A stretch of 64,000 nucleotides of DNA from Escherichia coli (GCF_003334815.1 NZ_QOWO01000004.1); one strand, 5' to 3'. Positions 21,514-35,163 are shown, counted from the stretch's first letter. The notes: generated by a model not told the origin, from the sequence alone. Program-made: numbers and translations.

Positions 21514-23070
21514 ATGTTCATACGCGCTCCCAATTTTGGACGTAAGCTCCTGCTTACCTGCATTGTTGCAGGCGTAATGATTGCGATACTGGTGAGTTGC
21601 CTTCAGTTTTTAGTGGCCTGGCATAAGCACGAAGTCAAATACGACACACTGATTACCGACGTACAAAAGTATCTCGATACCTATTTTGCCGACCTGAAAT
21701 CCACTACTGACCGGCTCCAGCCGCTGACCTTAGATACCTGCCAGCAAGCTAACCCCGAACTGACCGCCCGCGCAGCGTTTAGCATGAATGTCCGAACGTT
21801 TGTGCTGGTGAAAGATAAAAAAACATTCTGTTCATCTGCGACCGGTGAGATGGACATTCCACTCAATGAATTGATTCCGGCGCTCGACATTAATAAAAAC
21901 GTCGATATGGCGATCTTACCCGGCACGCCGATGGTGCCGAACAAACCCGCAATCGTCATCTGGTATCGCAACCCTTTGCTGAAAAATAGCGGCGTCTTTG
22001 CCGCTCTGAATCTCAACCTGACGCCTTCACTCTTTTATAGTTCACGGCAGGAAGATTACGATGGCGTCGCCCTCATTATTGGCAATACTGCGCTATCTAC
22101 CTTTTCTTCACGTTTGATGAACGTTAACGAATTAACCGACATGCCAGTCCGTGAAACTAAAATTGCGGGCATTCCTCTGACCGTTCGGCTTTATGCAGAT
22201 GACTGGACATGGAACGATGTGTGGTACGCATTTTTACTGGGCGGCATGAGTGGAACTGTCGTTGGCCTGCTCTGCTATTACCTGATGAGCGTACGTATGC
22301 GCCCCGGCAGAGAAATCATGACCGCCATCAAGCGCGAACAATTTTACGTGGCGTATCAACCGGTGGTGGATACACAAGCTTTGCGAGTAACGGGCCTGGA
22401 AGTACTGCTACGCTGGCGGCATCCTGTCGCGGGAGAAATTCCCCCGGATGCCTTCATTAACTTTGCCGAATCGCAAAAGATGATTGTGCCGCTGACTCAG
22501 CACCTGTTTGAGTTAATTGCCCGCGATGCCGCAGAATTAGAAAAAGTGCTGCCGGTAGGCGTCAAATTTGGTATTAACATTGCGCCGGACCATCTGCACA
22601 GCGAAAGCTTTAAAGCAGATATCCAGAAACTGCTCACTTCCCTGCCCGCACACCATTTCCAGATTGTGCTGGAAATTACCGAGCGCGATATGTTGAAAGA
22701 GCAAGAAGCCACACAACTCTTCGCCTGGCTGCACTCGGTCGGCGTAGAAATTGCTATTGATGACTTCGGCACCGGGCACAGCGCGCTTATCTATCTTGAG
22801 CGTTTTACGCTCGATTATCTGAAAATTGACCGTGGATTTATCAACGCCATCGGTACGGAAACGATCACTTCCCCCGTACTTGACGCGGTGCTGACGCTGG
22901 CGAAACGCCTCAATATGCTGACGGTTGCTGAAGGGGTCGAAACGCCGGAACAGGCGCGATGGCTAAGCGAACGCGGCGTTAATTTCATGCAAGGCTACTG
23001 GATTAGCCGCCCGTTACCGCTGGACGATTTTGTTCGCTGGCTAAAGAAACCGTATACGCCGCAGTGGTAA
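21514..23070 (+). CDS. pdeN: CSS-motif/EAL-domain c-di-GMP phosphodiesterase PdeN (Rtn)
   Basis: 518-aa ORF with N-terminal TM and periplasmic domain, and C-terminal EAL domain (EVLLRW, QGYWISRP). Confidence 0.9.
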   Translation: MFIRAPNFGRKLLLTCIVAGVMIAILVSCLQFLVAWHKHEVKYDTLITDVQKYLDTYFADLKSTTDRLQPLTLDTCQQANPELTARAAFSMNVRTFVLVKDKKTFCSSATGEMDIPLNELIPALDINKNVDMAILPGTPMVPNKPAIVIWYRNPLLKNSGVFAALNLNLTPSLFYSSRQEDYDGVALIIGNTALSTFSSRLMNVNELTDMPVRETKIAGIPLTVRLYADDWTWNDVWYAFLLGGMSGTVVGLLCYYLMSVRMRPGREIMTAIKREQFYVAYQPVVDTQALRVTGLEVLLRWRHPVAGEIPPDAFINFAESQKMIVPLTQHLFELIARDAAELEKVLPVGVKFGINIAPDHLHSESFKADIQKLLTSLPAHHFQIVLEITERDMLKEQEATQLFAWLHSVGVEIAIDDFGTGHSALIYLERFTLDYLKIDRGFINAIGTETITSPVLDAVLTLAKRLNMLTVAEGVETPEQARWLSERGVNFMQGYWISRPLPLDDFVRWLKKPYTPQW

Positions 23071-23151
23071 GGTGTGCTTACGTCCCTTATTATTCATAGT
23101 GAAAGCATGCCGGATTGCGGCTAATGATGAGTAAAAGGAAATCCGTTGCAG

Positions 23152-24966
23152 ATGATTGTGCGCATACTGCTGCTGTTTATCGCTCTGTTCACCTTTGGTG
23201 TGCAGGCGCAGGCTATCAAGGAAAGCTATGCCTTTGCCGTGCTGGGCGAACCCCGGTACGCGTTTAATTTCAACCATTTTGATTATGTGAACCCCGCCGC
23301 GCCAAAAGGTGGGCAGATAACGTTGTCAGCCCTCGGCACCTTCGATAATTTCAACCGCTATGCACTGCGCGGCAACCCGGGCGCACGCACCGAGCAGCTG
23401 TACGACACGCTATTTACGACTTCCGATGACGAACCAGGCAGTTATTACCCGCTGATTGCTGAAAGCGCACGCTATGCTGACGATTATTCCTGGGTGGAGG
23501 TCGCTATTAATCCGCGCGCCCGTTTTCATGATGGTTCGCCCATTACTGCCCGCGATGTAGAGTTTACTTTTCAAAAATTTATGACCGAAGGCGTGCCGCA
23601 ATTTCGTCTGGTCTACAAAGGCACCACCGTCAAAGCCATTGCACCGTTAACCGTGCGCATTGAGTTAGCTAAACCCGGCAAAGAAGATATGCTGAGTCTG
23701 TTTTCGCTGCCGGTATTTCCAGAAAAGTACTGGAAGGATCACAAACTTAGCGACCCGCTCGCCACGCCTCCGCTTGCCAGTGGTCCGTACCGCGTTACGT
23801 CCTGGAAAATGGGGCAAAATATTGTCTATTCCCGTGTGAAAGATTACTGGGCAGCAAACTTACCGGTAAACCGTGGACGCTGGAATTTCGACACCATTCG
23901 CTACGATTATTACCTCGATGATAATGTCGCCTTTGAAGCGTTTAAAGCAGGTGCCTTTGATTTGCGTATGGAAAACGACGCCAAAAACTGGGCCACGCGT
24001 TATACCGGTAAAAATTTCGATAAAAAATACATCATCAAAGATGAGCAAAAGAACGAATCAGCCCAGGATACGCGTTGGCTGGCGTTTAATATCCAACGTC
24101 CGGTATTCAGCGATCGCCGGGTCCGGGAAGCTATCACTCTCGCCTTTGACTTTGAATGGATGAACAAGGCGTTGTTTTACAATGCCTGGAGTCGCACGAA
24201 CAGTTATTTTCAGAATACCGAATACGCGGCCAGAAATTACCCCGACGCCGCGGAGCTGGTGCTTCTGGCACCAATGAAAAAAGATCTACCGTCAGAAGTC
24301 TTCACACAAATCTACCAGCCGCCGGTATCCAAAGGCGATGGCTACGATCGTGACAACCTGTTAAAAGCCGACAAACTTCTCAACGAAGCGGGCTGGGTGC
24401 TGAAGGGTCAGCAACGCGTTAATGCCACAACGGGTCAGCCACTCAGCTTTGAATTATTGCTTCCCGCAAGCAGCAATAGTCAGTGGGTATTGCCGTTCCA
24501 GCACAGCCTGCAACGGCTGGGTATCAACATGGACATTCGCAAGGTGGATAACTCGCAAATCACTAACCGCATGCGCAGTCGCGACTATGACATGATGCCG
24601 CGCGTATGGCGGGCGATGCCGTGGCCCAGTTCCGATTTACAGATTTCCTGGTCATCGGAATATATCAATTCCACTTATAATGCCCCCGGCGTGCAAAGTC
24701 CGGTTATCGACTCGCTGATCAACCAAATTATTGCCGCGCAGGGAAATAAAGAAAAATTACTGCCGTTGGGGCGAGCACTGGATCGCGTATTAACGTGGAA
24801 TTATTACATGCTGCCAATGTGGTACATGGCGGAAGACCGTCTCGCCTGGTGGGATAAATTCTCCCAGCCGGCCGTGCGCCCCATCTATAGCCTCGGTATC
24901 GATACCTGGTGGTATGACGTCAATAAAGCGGCCAAACTGCCGTCCGCCAGCAAACAGGGAGAGTAG
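23152..24966 (+). CDS. yejA: ABC transporter periplasmic substrate-binding protein YejA (microcin C / peptide uptake)
   Basis: 604-aa product from ATG 23152 with signal peptide; family 5 SBP; first gene of yejABEF. Confidence 0.9.
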
Positions 24967-26061
24967 ATGGGCGCTTACCTGATTCGCCGTCTGTTGCTGG
25001 TGATCCCAACATTATGGGCGATTATCACCATCAACTTTTTCATCGTGCAAATTGCGCCTGGCGGTCCGGTCGACCAGGCCATCGCCGCCATTGAGTTTGG
25101 TAATGCCGGAGTATTACCCGGCGCAGGCGGTGAAGGTGTTCGTGCCAGCCATGCGCAAACGGGTGTCGGCAATATCAGCGACAGTAATTACCGTGGCGGA
25201 CGCGGATTAGATCCAGAAGTGATCGCTGAGATCACTCATCGCTACGGTTTTGATAAGCCGATCCACGAACGTTACTTCAAAATGCTCTGGGACTACATCC
25301 GCTTTGATTTTGGCGATAGCCTGTTTCGCAGCGCCTCGGTGCTGACGCTGATTAAAGACAGTCTGCCGGTTTCCATCACCCTCGGATTGTGGAGCACGCT
25401 GATTATCTATCTGGTGTCGATTCCGTTAGGCATTCGCAAAGCTGTTTATAATGGGAGCCGCTTTGACGTCTGGAGTAGCGCATTTATCATCATCGGCTAC
25501 GCCATTCCGGCCTTTTTGTTTGCCATCCTGCTGATTGTCTTCTTCGCGGGCGGCAGCTATTTCGACCTGTTCCCTCTACGCGGCCTGGTTTCCGCTAACT
25601 TTGATTCGCTGCCGTGGTATCAGAAAATCACCGATTATCTGTGGCATATCACGCTGCCGGTGCTGGCGACAGTGATTGGTGGCTTTGCGGCGCTGACCAT
25701 GCTGACAAAAAACTCATTCCTTGATGAAGTGCGCAAGCAATACGTGGTGACCGCGCGTGCGAAAGGGGTAAGTGAAAAAAATATTCTCTGGAAACATGTG
25801 TTCCGCAACGCCATGCTGCTGGTGATTGCCGGTTTTCCGGCGACGTTTATCAGCATGTTTTTTACCGGCTCGCTGCTGATTGAGGTGATGTTTTCACTCA
25901 ATGGTCTGGGCTTACTGGGCTACGAAGCGACCGTCTCGCGCGATTATCCTGTAATGTTTGGTACCTTGTATATTTTCACCCTGATTGGCCTGCTGCTGAA
26001 TATTGTCAGTGATATCAGCTATACGCTGGTTGATCCGCGTATTGATTTTGAGGGACGTTAA
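24967..26061 (+). CDS. yejB: ABC transporter permease YejB
   Basis: 364-aa multi-TM ORF, immediately follows yejA. Confidence 0.9.
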
Positions 26062-27086
26062 TGTCGCGACTCAGCCCCGTCAATCAGGCCCGTTGGGCGC
26101 GTTTTCGTCATAACCGTCGCGGCTACTGGTCGTTATGGATTTTCCTCGTCTTGTTTGGTTTGAGTTTGTGTTCTGAACTTATCGCCAACGATAAACCGTT
26201 GCTGGTGCGTTATGACGGCAGTTGGTATTTCCCGTTATTGAAAAACTACAGCGAAAGCGATTTTGGCGGCCCGCTGGCAAGTCAGGCTGATTATCAGGAC
26301 CCGTGGCTGAAACAACGGCTGGAAAATAACGGCTGGGTACTGTGGGCACCGATTCGCTTTGGTGCTACCAGTATCAACTTTGCTACCGATAAGCCCTTCC
26401 CTTCTCCACCCTCCCGGCAAAACTGGCTGGGAACGGATGCCAACGGCGGCGATGTGCTGGCACGCATTCTCTATGGCACGCGGATCTCGGTTCTGTTTGG
26501 CCTGATGCTGACTCTCTGTTCCAGCGTGATGGGCGTGCTGGCGGGGGCGCTACAAGGCTATTACGGCGGTAAAGTCGATCTCTGGGGACAACGCTTTATT
26601 GAAGTATGGTCGGGGATGCCGACGCTGTTTTTGATTATTTTACTTTCCAGCGTCGTACAGCCTAACTTCTGGTGGCTGCTGGCAATTACTGTCTTGTTTG
26701 GCTGGATGAGTCTGGTCGGCGTGGTGCGGGCGGAGTTTTTACGTACTCGTAATTTCGACTACATTCGTGCGGCACAGGCGCTTGGCGTCAGCGATCGCAG
26801 TATCATCCTGCGTCATATGTTGCCTAATGCCATGGTCGCGACCCTCACCTTTTTACCGTTTATTTTATGTAGTTCGATAACCACCCTGACCTCGCTCGAT
26901 TTCCTCGGCTTCGGTCTACCGCTCGGTTCACCGTCACTCGGTGAACTGCTGTTACAAGGGAAAAATAACCTTCAGGCCCCGTGGCTTGGGATCACCGCCT
27001 TCTTGTCGGTGGCGATATTATTGTCTTTGCTGATCTTTATTGGTGAAGCCGTCCGCGACGCATTTGATCCTAATAAGGCGGTGTAG
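26061..27086 (+). CDS. yejE: ABC transporter permease YejE
   Basis: 341-aa multi-TM ORF overlapping yejB stop. Confidence 0.9.
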   Translation: MSRLSPVNQARWARFRHNRRGYWSLWIFLVLFGLSLCSELIANDKPLLVRYDGSWYFPLLKNYSESDFGGPLASQADYQDPWLKQRLENNGWVLWAPIRFGATSINFATDKPFPSPPSRQNWLGTDANGGDVLARILYGTRISVLFGLMLTLCSSVMGVLAGALQGYYGGKVDLWGQRFIEVWSGMPTLFLIILLSSVVQPNFWWLLAITVLFGWMSLVGVVRAEFLRTRNFDYIRAAQALGVSDRSIILRHMLPNAMVATLTFLPFILCSSITTLTSLDFLGFGLPLGSPSLGELLLQGKNNLQAPWLGITAFLSVAILLSLLIFIGEAVRDAFDPNKAV

Positions 27087-27087
27087 C

Positions 27088-28677
27088 ATGACGCAAACTC
27101 TGTTAGCGATTGAAAATTTGTCGGTGGGTTTTCGCCATCAGCAAACCGTACGTACAGTAGTCAATGATGTTTCACTACAGATTGAGGCTGGCGAAACGCT
27201 GGCGCTGGTGGGTGAGTCAGGTTCAGGCAAAAGCGTTACCGCGCTGTCAATTTTACGCCTGCTCCCTTCCCCGCCGGTTGAATATCTCTCCGGCGATATT
27301 CGTTTTCATGGCGAATCGCTGCTTCACGCCAGCGATCAAACGTTGCGCGGTGTACGCGGTAATAAGATCGCCATGATTTTTCAGGAACCGATGGTGTCGT
27401 TAAATCCATTGCATACCCTGGAAAAACAGCTTTATGAAGTGCTTTCACTCCACCGCGGGATGCGTCGGGAAGCGGCTCGTGGCGAAATTCTTAACTGCCT
27501 TGATCGCGTTGGTATCCGCCAGGCGGCAAAACGGCTGACAGATTATCCGCATCAGCTCTCCGGCGGCGAACGGCAGCGGGTGATGATTGCGATGGCGCTG
27601 TTAACGCGACCGGAATTATTAATTGCCGATGAACCGACCACCGCACTGGACGTCTCTGTCCAGGCGCAGATTTTACAGCTGTTGCGCGAACTGCAAGGCG
27701 AGCTGAATATGGGCATGCTGTTTATTACTCATAACCTCAGCATTGTCAGAAAACTGGCCCACCGCGTGGCGGTAATGCAAAACGGTCGCTGTGTCGAGCA
27801 AAATTACGCCGCTACGCTATTTGCATCACCCACTCATCCTTACACACAAAAGCTACTCAACAGTGAACCGTCAGGCGATCCAGTGCCGTTGCCAGAACCT
27901 GCCTCAACGTTGCTGGATGTTGAACAGCTTCAGGTTGCCTTCCCCATTCGCAAAGGGATTTTGAAGCGCATTGTGGATCATAATGTGGTGGTGAAAAACA
28001 TCAGTTTTACGCTACGAGCGGGTGAAACACTGGGTTTAGTGGGCGAGTCCGGTTCCGGGAAAAGTACGACGGGACTGGCGCTGCTGCGACTGATTAATTC
28101 TCAGGGCAGCATCATCTTTGACGGTCAGCCACTGCAAAATTTAAATCGCCGCCAGCTGTTACCTATTCGTCATCGCATTCAGGTGGTATTTCAGGATCCA
28201 AACTCCTCGCTCAACCCACGACTCAACGTTTTGCAGATTATTGAGGAAGGCTTACGGGTTCACCAGCCGACGCTTTCTGCCGCACAACGCGAACAACAAG
28301 TGATAGCCGTGATGCATGAAGTGGGATTAGATCCTGAAACACGCCACCGTTATCCGGCGGAGTTCTCTGGTGGTCAGCGACAACGTATTGCGATTGCCAG
28401 GGCATTAATTCTTAAGCCCTCGCTGATCATACTTGATGAACCGACATCATCACTCGACAAAACGGTACAGGCGCAAATATTGACGCTATTGAAATCATTG
28501 CAACAAAAGCATCAACTGGCCTATTTGTTTATCAGCCACGATTTGCACGTTGTCCGCGCGTTATGTCATCAGGTTATCATACTGCGACAAGGGGAAGTAG
28601 TGGAACAAGGACCGTGCGCGCGCGTGTTTGCCACACCGCAGCAGGAGTATACGCGTCAGCTACTGGCGTTGAGCTGA
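27088..28677 (+). CDS. yejF: ABC transporter ATP-binding protein YejF (duplicated ABC domains)
   Basis: 529-aa product from ATG 27088; two Walker A motifs (GESGSGKS twice) and LSGGERQR / FSGGQRQR signatures. Confidence 0.9.
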   Translation: MTQTLLAIENLSVGFRHQQTVRTVVNDVSLQIEAGETLALVGESGSGKSVTALSILRLLPSPPVEYLSGDIRFHGESLLHASDQTLRGVRGNKIAMIFQEPMVSLNPLHTLEKQLYEVLSLHRGMRREAARGEILNCLDRVGIRQAAKRLTDYPHQLSGGERQRVMIAMALLTRPELLIADEPTTALDVSVQAQILQLLRELQGELNMGMLFITHNLSIVRKLAHRVAVMQNGRCVEQNYAATLFASPTHPYTQKLLNSEPSGDPVPLPEPASTLLDVEQLQVAFPIRKGILKRIVDHNVVVKNISFTLRAGETLGLVGESGSGKSTTGLALLRLINSQGSIIFDGQPLQNLNRRQLLPIRHRIQVVFQDPNSSLNPRLNVLQIIEEGLRVHQPTLSAAQREQQVIAVMHEVGLDPETRHRYPAEFSGGQRQRIAIARALILKPSLIILDEPTSSLDKTVQAQILTLLKSLQQKHQLAYLFISHDLHVVRALCHQVIILRQGEVVEQGPCARVFATPQQEYTRQLLALS

Positions 28678-28680
28678 CGC

Positions 28681-29025
28681 TTAAAAAGGATTGTAGTTTG
28701 AAAAGGGTTCGGCAATTGCCACACCAAAATTTTTCAATCGGCATGTTGCAGCAAACTCGTCCTGGCGATTTACAAACAGGCACGGCTCACCTTCACACTC
28801 CAGCACCGAACATGGAACTTCGATGTCGCTTAACGCCTGGCTTAGTTTATACATCACCGACCATGCATTATCACCATCCGGGCTAAGCAATTTAAGCGCC
28901 ACCAGGCTGTTGTCACCGCACGGTCCATTTTGCGGAATCGGTTCAACCTTCGAACCTGCGAAACCAGCAGACCAGCGATAGTTCTGCGGCAGTCGATGGA
29001 CGATTGAGAGTTGTAATGAAGTCAC
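28681..29025 (-). CDS. yejG: Uncharacterized protein YejG
   Basis: 114-aa ORF convergent with yejF; position as in K-12. Confidence 0.8.
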
Positions 29026-29317
29026 TTATTTTCCCCGGAAGCACATTCACTTCACAATTTGTTTACATCAATTTTAACACATCATCAACAATCCGTCTTT
29101 ATACAGATCGTAAAGATTGATGCCTCGCCTGCGTGGCCTCTATGGCTCTGATTTAAGTAATATCTGCGGGCGTGGTCACGTTTGCGGGGCTATATGTACC
29201 CGTTTCTGCGATCTAACTCAACCTTTTTAACTACAATGATGTGACTTTTTACATAAATTGATTTTACATAAAATAAACATATATCGGGGGAATGATAGAT
29301 TTGTGGTTGACATGCAT

Positions 29318-29345
29318 CAACAAAGGAAGCCTTTTAGCTTCCTCG
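29318..29345 (-). terminator. Candidate terminator downstream of bcr
   Basis: Minus-strand hairpin GGAAGC-N6-GCTTCC followed by TTTGTTGATG. Confidence 0.4.
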
Positions 29346-29357
29346 TTGTGCAATAGA

Positions 29358-30548
29358 TCACCGTTTTTTCGGCCGACTGGCGTACAGACAGAAGAGAATG
29401 GAGCTGGTTGCGCAGAATGCAATTGACCAAATCATCGGCCATGCAGAGTTAAAGGTCGCAAGAGAAAGCAATGCGCCAACAATTGCCCCTATGCCAAAAC
29501 GGAAGGTTCCTGCCAGCGAAGATGCCGTTCCCGCCATATGGGGAAACTCATCAAGAATGACCGCCATCGCATTGGATGACACCATCGACACGCAGCCCAC
29601 AAACGCCGCAACGCCAACCACCAGCGACCAAAATCCCAGCCCCAGCAGCGCACTGATGACCATCCACGCTGCCATAATAAATTGTATCCACAACCCCGAG
29701 CGGAACATATTTAACGCGCCAATGCGGCGGACGAAGCGGCTGTTAAAGATGGTCATCACGAACAGAAAAACAATGTTTAGCGCAAAGTAATAACCAAAGT
29801 TTTCCGGCGCGACGTGGTTAATTTCAATATAAACAAACGGTCCGGCGCTTAAGAATGAGAACATCCCGGCAAAGCTGAAACCACTGGCAAGCATGTAGCT
29901 CAGGACACGTTTATGGCGGAACAGCGCCGCAAAGTTACCAATAGTGGTACGAATGTGAAATGGCTGACGACGCTCCGGTGGTAAGGTTTCTTTAATCAGG
30001 AAGAAAATCATTGCCGAAGCCAGAATCGCCGCTAATGCCAGGATCCAGAAGATGTAATGCCAGCTCAGCCACACCAGCACCCAGCCGCCAACTATCGGTG
30101 CCATCAGCGGTGCAATGGTTGTCACCAGCATGACAAACGACATCATCCGCGAGAACTCTTCTTTCGGGTAAATATCGCGCATCAGGGCGTTAATGACCAC
30201 GCTGGCCGCAGCCGCAGCCAGCCCGTGGAAGAAACGCATCACAATCAGCTGATCGATGGTGTTTGCCAACGCACACGCCACCGCGGCGGCGGCAAACACC
30301 AGCGTACCGCCGAGCACCACCGGCTTACGCCCGAAGCTGTCTGCCATCGGCCCGTAGATTAACTGCCCCAACGCAAAGCCCAGAATATAAGTACTGAGGG
30401 TCATCTGCGTACTGCCCGCCGGTACGCCAAACTGCGCTGAAATTACCGGTAGCGCGGGCAGATACATATCAATCGACAGCGGCATCAACATGGCCAGCAG
30501 GCCAAGGATAAAAACAATAGCAAACGACGAATGCTGTCGGGTGGTCAC
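29358..30548 (-). CDS. bcr: Bicyclomycin/multidrug efflux MFS transporter
   Basis: 396-aa 12-TM MFS ORF. Confidence 0.9.
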
Positions 30549-30575
30549 AACGGGCTCCTGAAAGTCATTGAAAAG

Positions 30576-31271
30576 TTAGACGACGCTGGCAATTTCTTCT
30601 TCAGTTAACGGACGATATTCACCGGGGGCTAAATCAGCATCCAGCGTAATACCGCCAATACGTTCACGATGCAGCTCAACCACGTGGTTACCCACGGCGG
30701 CGAACATGCGTTTCACCTGATGATAACGCCCTTCGCTGATGGTCAGACGAACCTGCGTTGGGGTAATCACTTCCAGCACCGCAGGCTTAGTGAGATCTTT
30801 TTCGTTATGCAGCTGCACGCCTTTAGCAAATTGCTCTGCCGTATCGTCAGCTACAGGTGATTCCAGTGTCACCAGATAGGTCTTCTCGCAATGATGGCGC
30901 GGAGAAGTAATGCGGTGCGACCACTGACCATCATCAGTCATCAGCACCAGACCGGTGGTATCAATATCCAACCGCCCCGCCGCATGCAGTTTCCACGCTA
31001 CCGGTTCATCAAGAAAATAGAGCACCGTTGGGTGATCAGGGTCGTCCGTGGAGCAAACATAGCCCTGAGGCTTATTGAGCATGAAGTAACGTGGACCGTG
31101 TTGCTGCGCCAGCGGGTTGCCATCGTAAGCGACATCATGTTCAGGAAGCAGTTTGAACGCTGCATTACGGACGATTTCGCCATCGACGGTGACACGATTG
31201 CCGCGGATTTCACGCCCGGCAATAGCACGGCTAACGCCGAGTTGCTGTGCGATAAATTTATCAAGTCGCAT
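30576..31271 (-). CDS. rsuA: 16S rRNA pseudouridine(516) synthase
   Basis: 231-aa ORF with S4 domain and RsuA/RluB-family motifs. Confidence 0.9.
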
Positions 31272-31419
31272 GTGTGTGATTTTGCCTGTAAAAACGGAGG
31301 TCGGGCATTGACCCGAAAATCTGAACTGTTGTCTGCCCAGTATAGCGGTCTAATAACATCCCTCAAGGGAAAAAGATCCATGGCATACTATTAGCAGAAT
31401 AATCTACCTACGCGAGACC

Positions 31420-33180
31420 ATGATTTTTACACTTCGCCCATATCAGCAAGAAGCCGTGGATGCCACGCTCAACCATTTTCGTCGTCATAAAACCCCTGCC
31501 GTTATCGTGCTGCCCACCGGCGCAGGTAAAAGCCTGGTGATAGCGGAACTGGCACGGCTGGCTCGTGGTCGCGTGCTGGTGCTGGCACACGTTAAAGAAC
31601 TGGTGGCGCAAAACCATGCAAAGTATCAGGCGCTGGGGCTGGAAGCCGATATTTTTGCCGCCGGGCTAAAGCGCAAAGAGAGCCACGGTAAAGTGGTATT
31701 TGGCAGCGTGCAGTCTGTCGCCCGTAATCTTGATGCCTTTCAGGGTGAATTTTCGCTGTTGATTGTCGATGAATGTCACCGTATTGGTGACGATGAAGAG
31801 AGCCAGTATCAGCAAATCCTCACTCACCTGACAAAAGTGAATCCCCACTTACGCCTGCTGGGGCTGACTGCCACGCCTTTTCGATTGGGCAAAGGCTGGA
31901 TCTACCAGTTTCATTATCACGGCATGGTACGCGGCGATGAGAAAGCCCTTTTCCGTGACTGCATTTATGAGCTGCCGCTGCGTTATATGATTAAACACGG
32001 CTATCTGACGCCGCCAGAACGACTGGATATGCCAGTAGTGCAATACGATTTCAGCCGCTTGCAGGCACAGAGTAACGGGCTGTTCAGCGAAGCCGATCTC
32101 AACCGTGAGCTGAAAAAACAACAACGTATTACCCCGCACATCATCAGCCAGATTATGGAGTTTGCTGCAACGCGCAAAGGGGTGATGATTTTTGCCGCGA
32201 CGGTTGAACACGCAAAAGAGATTGTGGGATTACTGCCTGCCGAAGATGCAGCACTGATTACTGGCGACACCCCCGGCGCTGAGCGCGATGTGTTAATTGA
32301 AAATTTTAAAGCCCAGCGTTTTCGCTATCTGGTCAACGTCGCGGTACTGACCACCGGATTTGACGCCCCGCACGTCGATCTTATCGCCATTCTGCGCCCT
32401 ACCGAATCAGTGAGTCTTTACCAACAAATTGTCGGGCGCGGTCTGCGTCTCGCTCCGGGCAAGACTGATTGCTTAATTCTTGATTATGCGGGTAATCCTC
32501 ACGATCTCTACGCGCCGGAAGTTGGTACACCAAAAGGCAAAAGTGACAACGTTCCGGTACAGGTTTTCTGCCCTGCCTGCGGTTTTGCCAACACCTTTTG
32601 GGGGAAAACGACCGCCGACGGGACATTGATTGAACACTTTGGTCGTCGCTGTCAGGGATGGTTTGAAGATGACGACGGTCATCGCGAACAATGTGACTTC
32701 CGTTTCCGTTTTAAAAATTGCCCGCAATGTAACGCGGAAAACGATATTGCCGCCCGCCGCTGCCGCGAATGTGACACCGTACTGGTTGATCCGGACGATA
32801 TGTTAAAAGCGGCGCTACGACTGAAAGACGCGCTGGTATTACGCTGTAGCGGCATGTCTTTGCAACATGGGCACGACGAGAAAGGCGAATGGTTGAAAAT
32901 CACCTATTACGATGAAGACGGCGCGGATGTGAGTGAGCGTTTCCGTCTGCAAACACCTGCCCAGCGTACCGCCTTCGAGCAGCTTTTTATCCGCCCGCAT
33001 ACGCGCACACCGGGCATCCCGCTGCGCTGGATCACCGCCGCCGATATCCTCGCCCAGCAAGCCTTATTGCGACACCCGGATTTTGTCGTCGCCCGCATGA
33101 AAGGCCAGTACTGGCAGGTGCGTGAAAAAGTGTTCGATTACGAAGGTCGTTTTCGTCTGGCGCACGAATTACGCGGTTAA
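31420..33180 (+). CDS. radD: Superfamily 2 DNA repair helicase RadD (YejH)
   Basis: 586-aa ORF with Walker A (PTGAGKS), DECH box and C-terminal zinc-finger-like cysteines. Confidence 0.9.
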
Positions 33181-33196
33181 TGGTAGTTTTGATTGA

Positions 33197-33589
<393 letters not shown>

Positions 33590-33605
33590 TTGCTGAATAA
33601 GTTGT

Positions 33606-33634
33606 AAAAAACCCCGCTCCGGCGGGGTTTTTTG
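33606..33634 (+). terminator. Rho-independent terminator of rplY
   Basis: AAAAAA-CCCCGC-tccg-GCGGGG-TTTTTTGT. Confidence 0.85.
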
Positions 33635-33727
33635 TATCTGCAGATTATGCCTGATTACGGTATTGCTATTTTTTGCAGGCCAGATAAGGCGTTCACGCCG
33701 CATCTGGCATTCAGAACACAAAACCGA

Positions 33728-34735
33728 TTAATTGCCGCCAGACGTCCGGCGCTGCAATTGGTCGCGCAAATTCGGCGGCGTGCCTTTAATGGTCAAGGTA
33801 TCGGTTGCTGGATCCCAGAAGATGCGTTCACCTAACAGCATCGCATCAAAGTTAATAGTCAAGCCACCGCCGCTACCGGCAAACTTCGTCAACTGACGCA
33901 GTGTGCTACGGTCTGCCGGGAAGCTCTCTTCCAGTTCGTAGCCTTTTTCAGCCGCAAACTCCGTGAAGCTCACTTCGCTTACGCCTGCCAGCTCTTTCGA
34001 CAGCGATTTCAGTTCGATCTCTTCGCCTGCCTGCAGCTGCTCATTACAGTAGCTATAAACCTGCTGGCGCACGTTCTGTCGCTCTGCTTTATCCAGTTGT
34101 GCTTCGGCAGTGAAATCATCAACCGCTTGCAACAGCCCACGGTTTTGCGCTTTCGCGTTTAACCCTTCGCTGGCCCCGAGGAAATCCATAAAGAAATCCG
34201 CCACTTTGCGCCCTACTCGCCCTTTCAGGAAAGTGAGATAGCGGGTGGACTCTGGATTGGTTTCCCATTCGGTTAAATCGATACGCGCAACAATATCCGC
34301 ATGATTGATATCAAGATAATGGGTTGGGTTGATGTCGAGATTTTCGTTAACGCGCATACTGCTCAGGTTGCTCAGAACTGCCACCAGCAAATACTCCACC
34401 GCCAGATAGCGATAGTGGCAAAACAGCACGAATCCACCGTCAGCAAAAGGATATTTCGCTAATTCGTCACGCAGGCGGCCGGTTGCCGCGCGGCTAAATG
34501 CCAGGAAGTCCTCTTCGCCCTGACGCTGTAAGCGCAGCGTCTGCGCCAGTTCACTCTCTTCGCTAAACAAGCCGTAAGCTTTATTTTTGGCGCTATAGAC
34601 CCGATGCAGTTCTGCCACCATCTCAACGACGGTTTCTGTCGGTTCCAGCAATGAATCGCGCAACACCAGCTCAAGGTTCTGCTCATCACGCTTGATAAGC
34701 TGGTGCAGAGCAATCTGGTTGATATCCAGACTCAT
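33728..34735 (-). CDS. yejK: Nucleoid-associated protein YejK (NdpA)
   Basis: 335-aa ORF recognised as YejK. Confidence 0.9.
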   Translation of the reverse strand: MSLDINQIALHQLIKRDEQNLELVLRDSLLEPTETVVEMVAELHRVYSAKNKAYGLFSEESELAQTLRLQRQGEEDFLAFSRAATGRLRDELAKYPFADGGFVLFCHYRYLAVEYLLVAVLSNLSSMRVNENLDINPTHYLDINHADIVARIDLTEWETNPESTRYLTFLKGRVGRKVADFFMDFLGASEGLNAKAQNRGLLQAVDDFTAEAQLDKAERQNVRQQVYSYCNEQLQAGEEIELKSLSKELAGVSEVSFTEFAAEKGYELEESFPADRSTLRQLTKFAGSGGGLTINFDAMLLGERIFWDPATDTLTIKGTPPNLRDQLQRRTSGGN

Positions 34736-34916
34736 GATAAACTCTCCTTTAAGACCGGGCGGTATTCAACCACCGCCGGTTAAGCGACGCAATAAAAGAT
34801 GGCGGTCATTTTACAGAAGGCAGCGTAACGAGAATGATTTAACGCATAAAAAAGCAGAAAAAAAACCGTTGCTACGGTAATATGTTGCCCTTTCATCAAC
34901 TAACTGATTTCGATTT

Positions 34917-35144
34917 ATGCCACAAATTTCCCGCTACAGTGATGAACAGGTTGAACAATTGCTCGCAGAGCTGCTCAACGTACTGGAAAAACATAAGGCT
35001 CCGACCGACCTTTCCCTGATGGTGTTAGGCAACATGGTCACTAACCTTATCAACACCAGCATTGCCCCGGCCCAACGCCAGGCAATTGCCAACTCTTTTG
35101 CCCGCGCCTTACAGTCCTCTATCAACGAAGACAAAGCGCACTAA
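34917..35144 (+). CDS. yejL: UPF0352 protein YejL
   Basis: 75-aa ORF divergent from yejK and upstream of yejM. Confidence 0.85.
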
Positions 35145-35163
35145 GGGAAACAGATAACAGGTT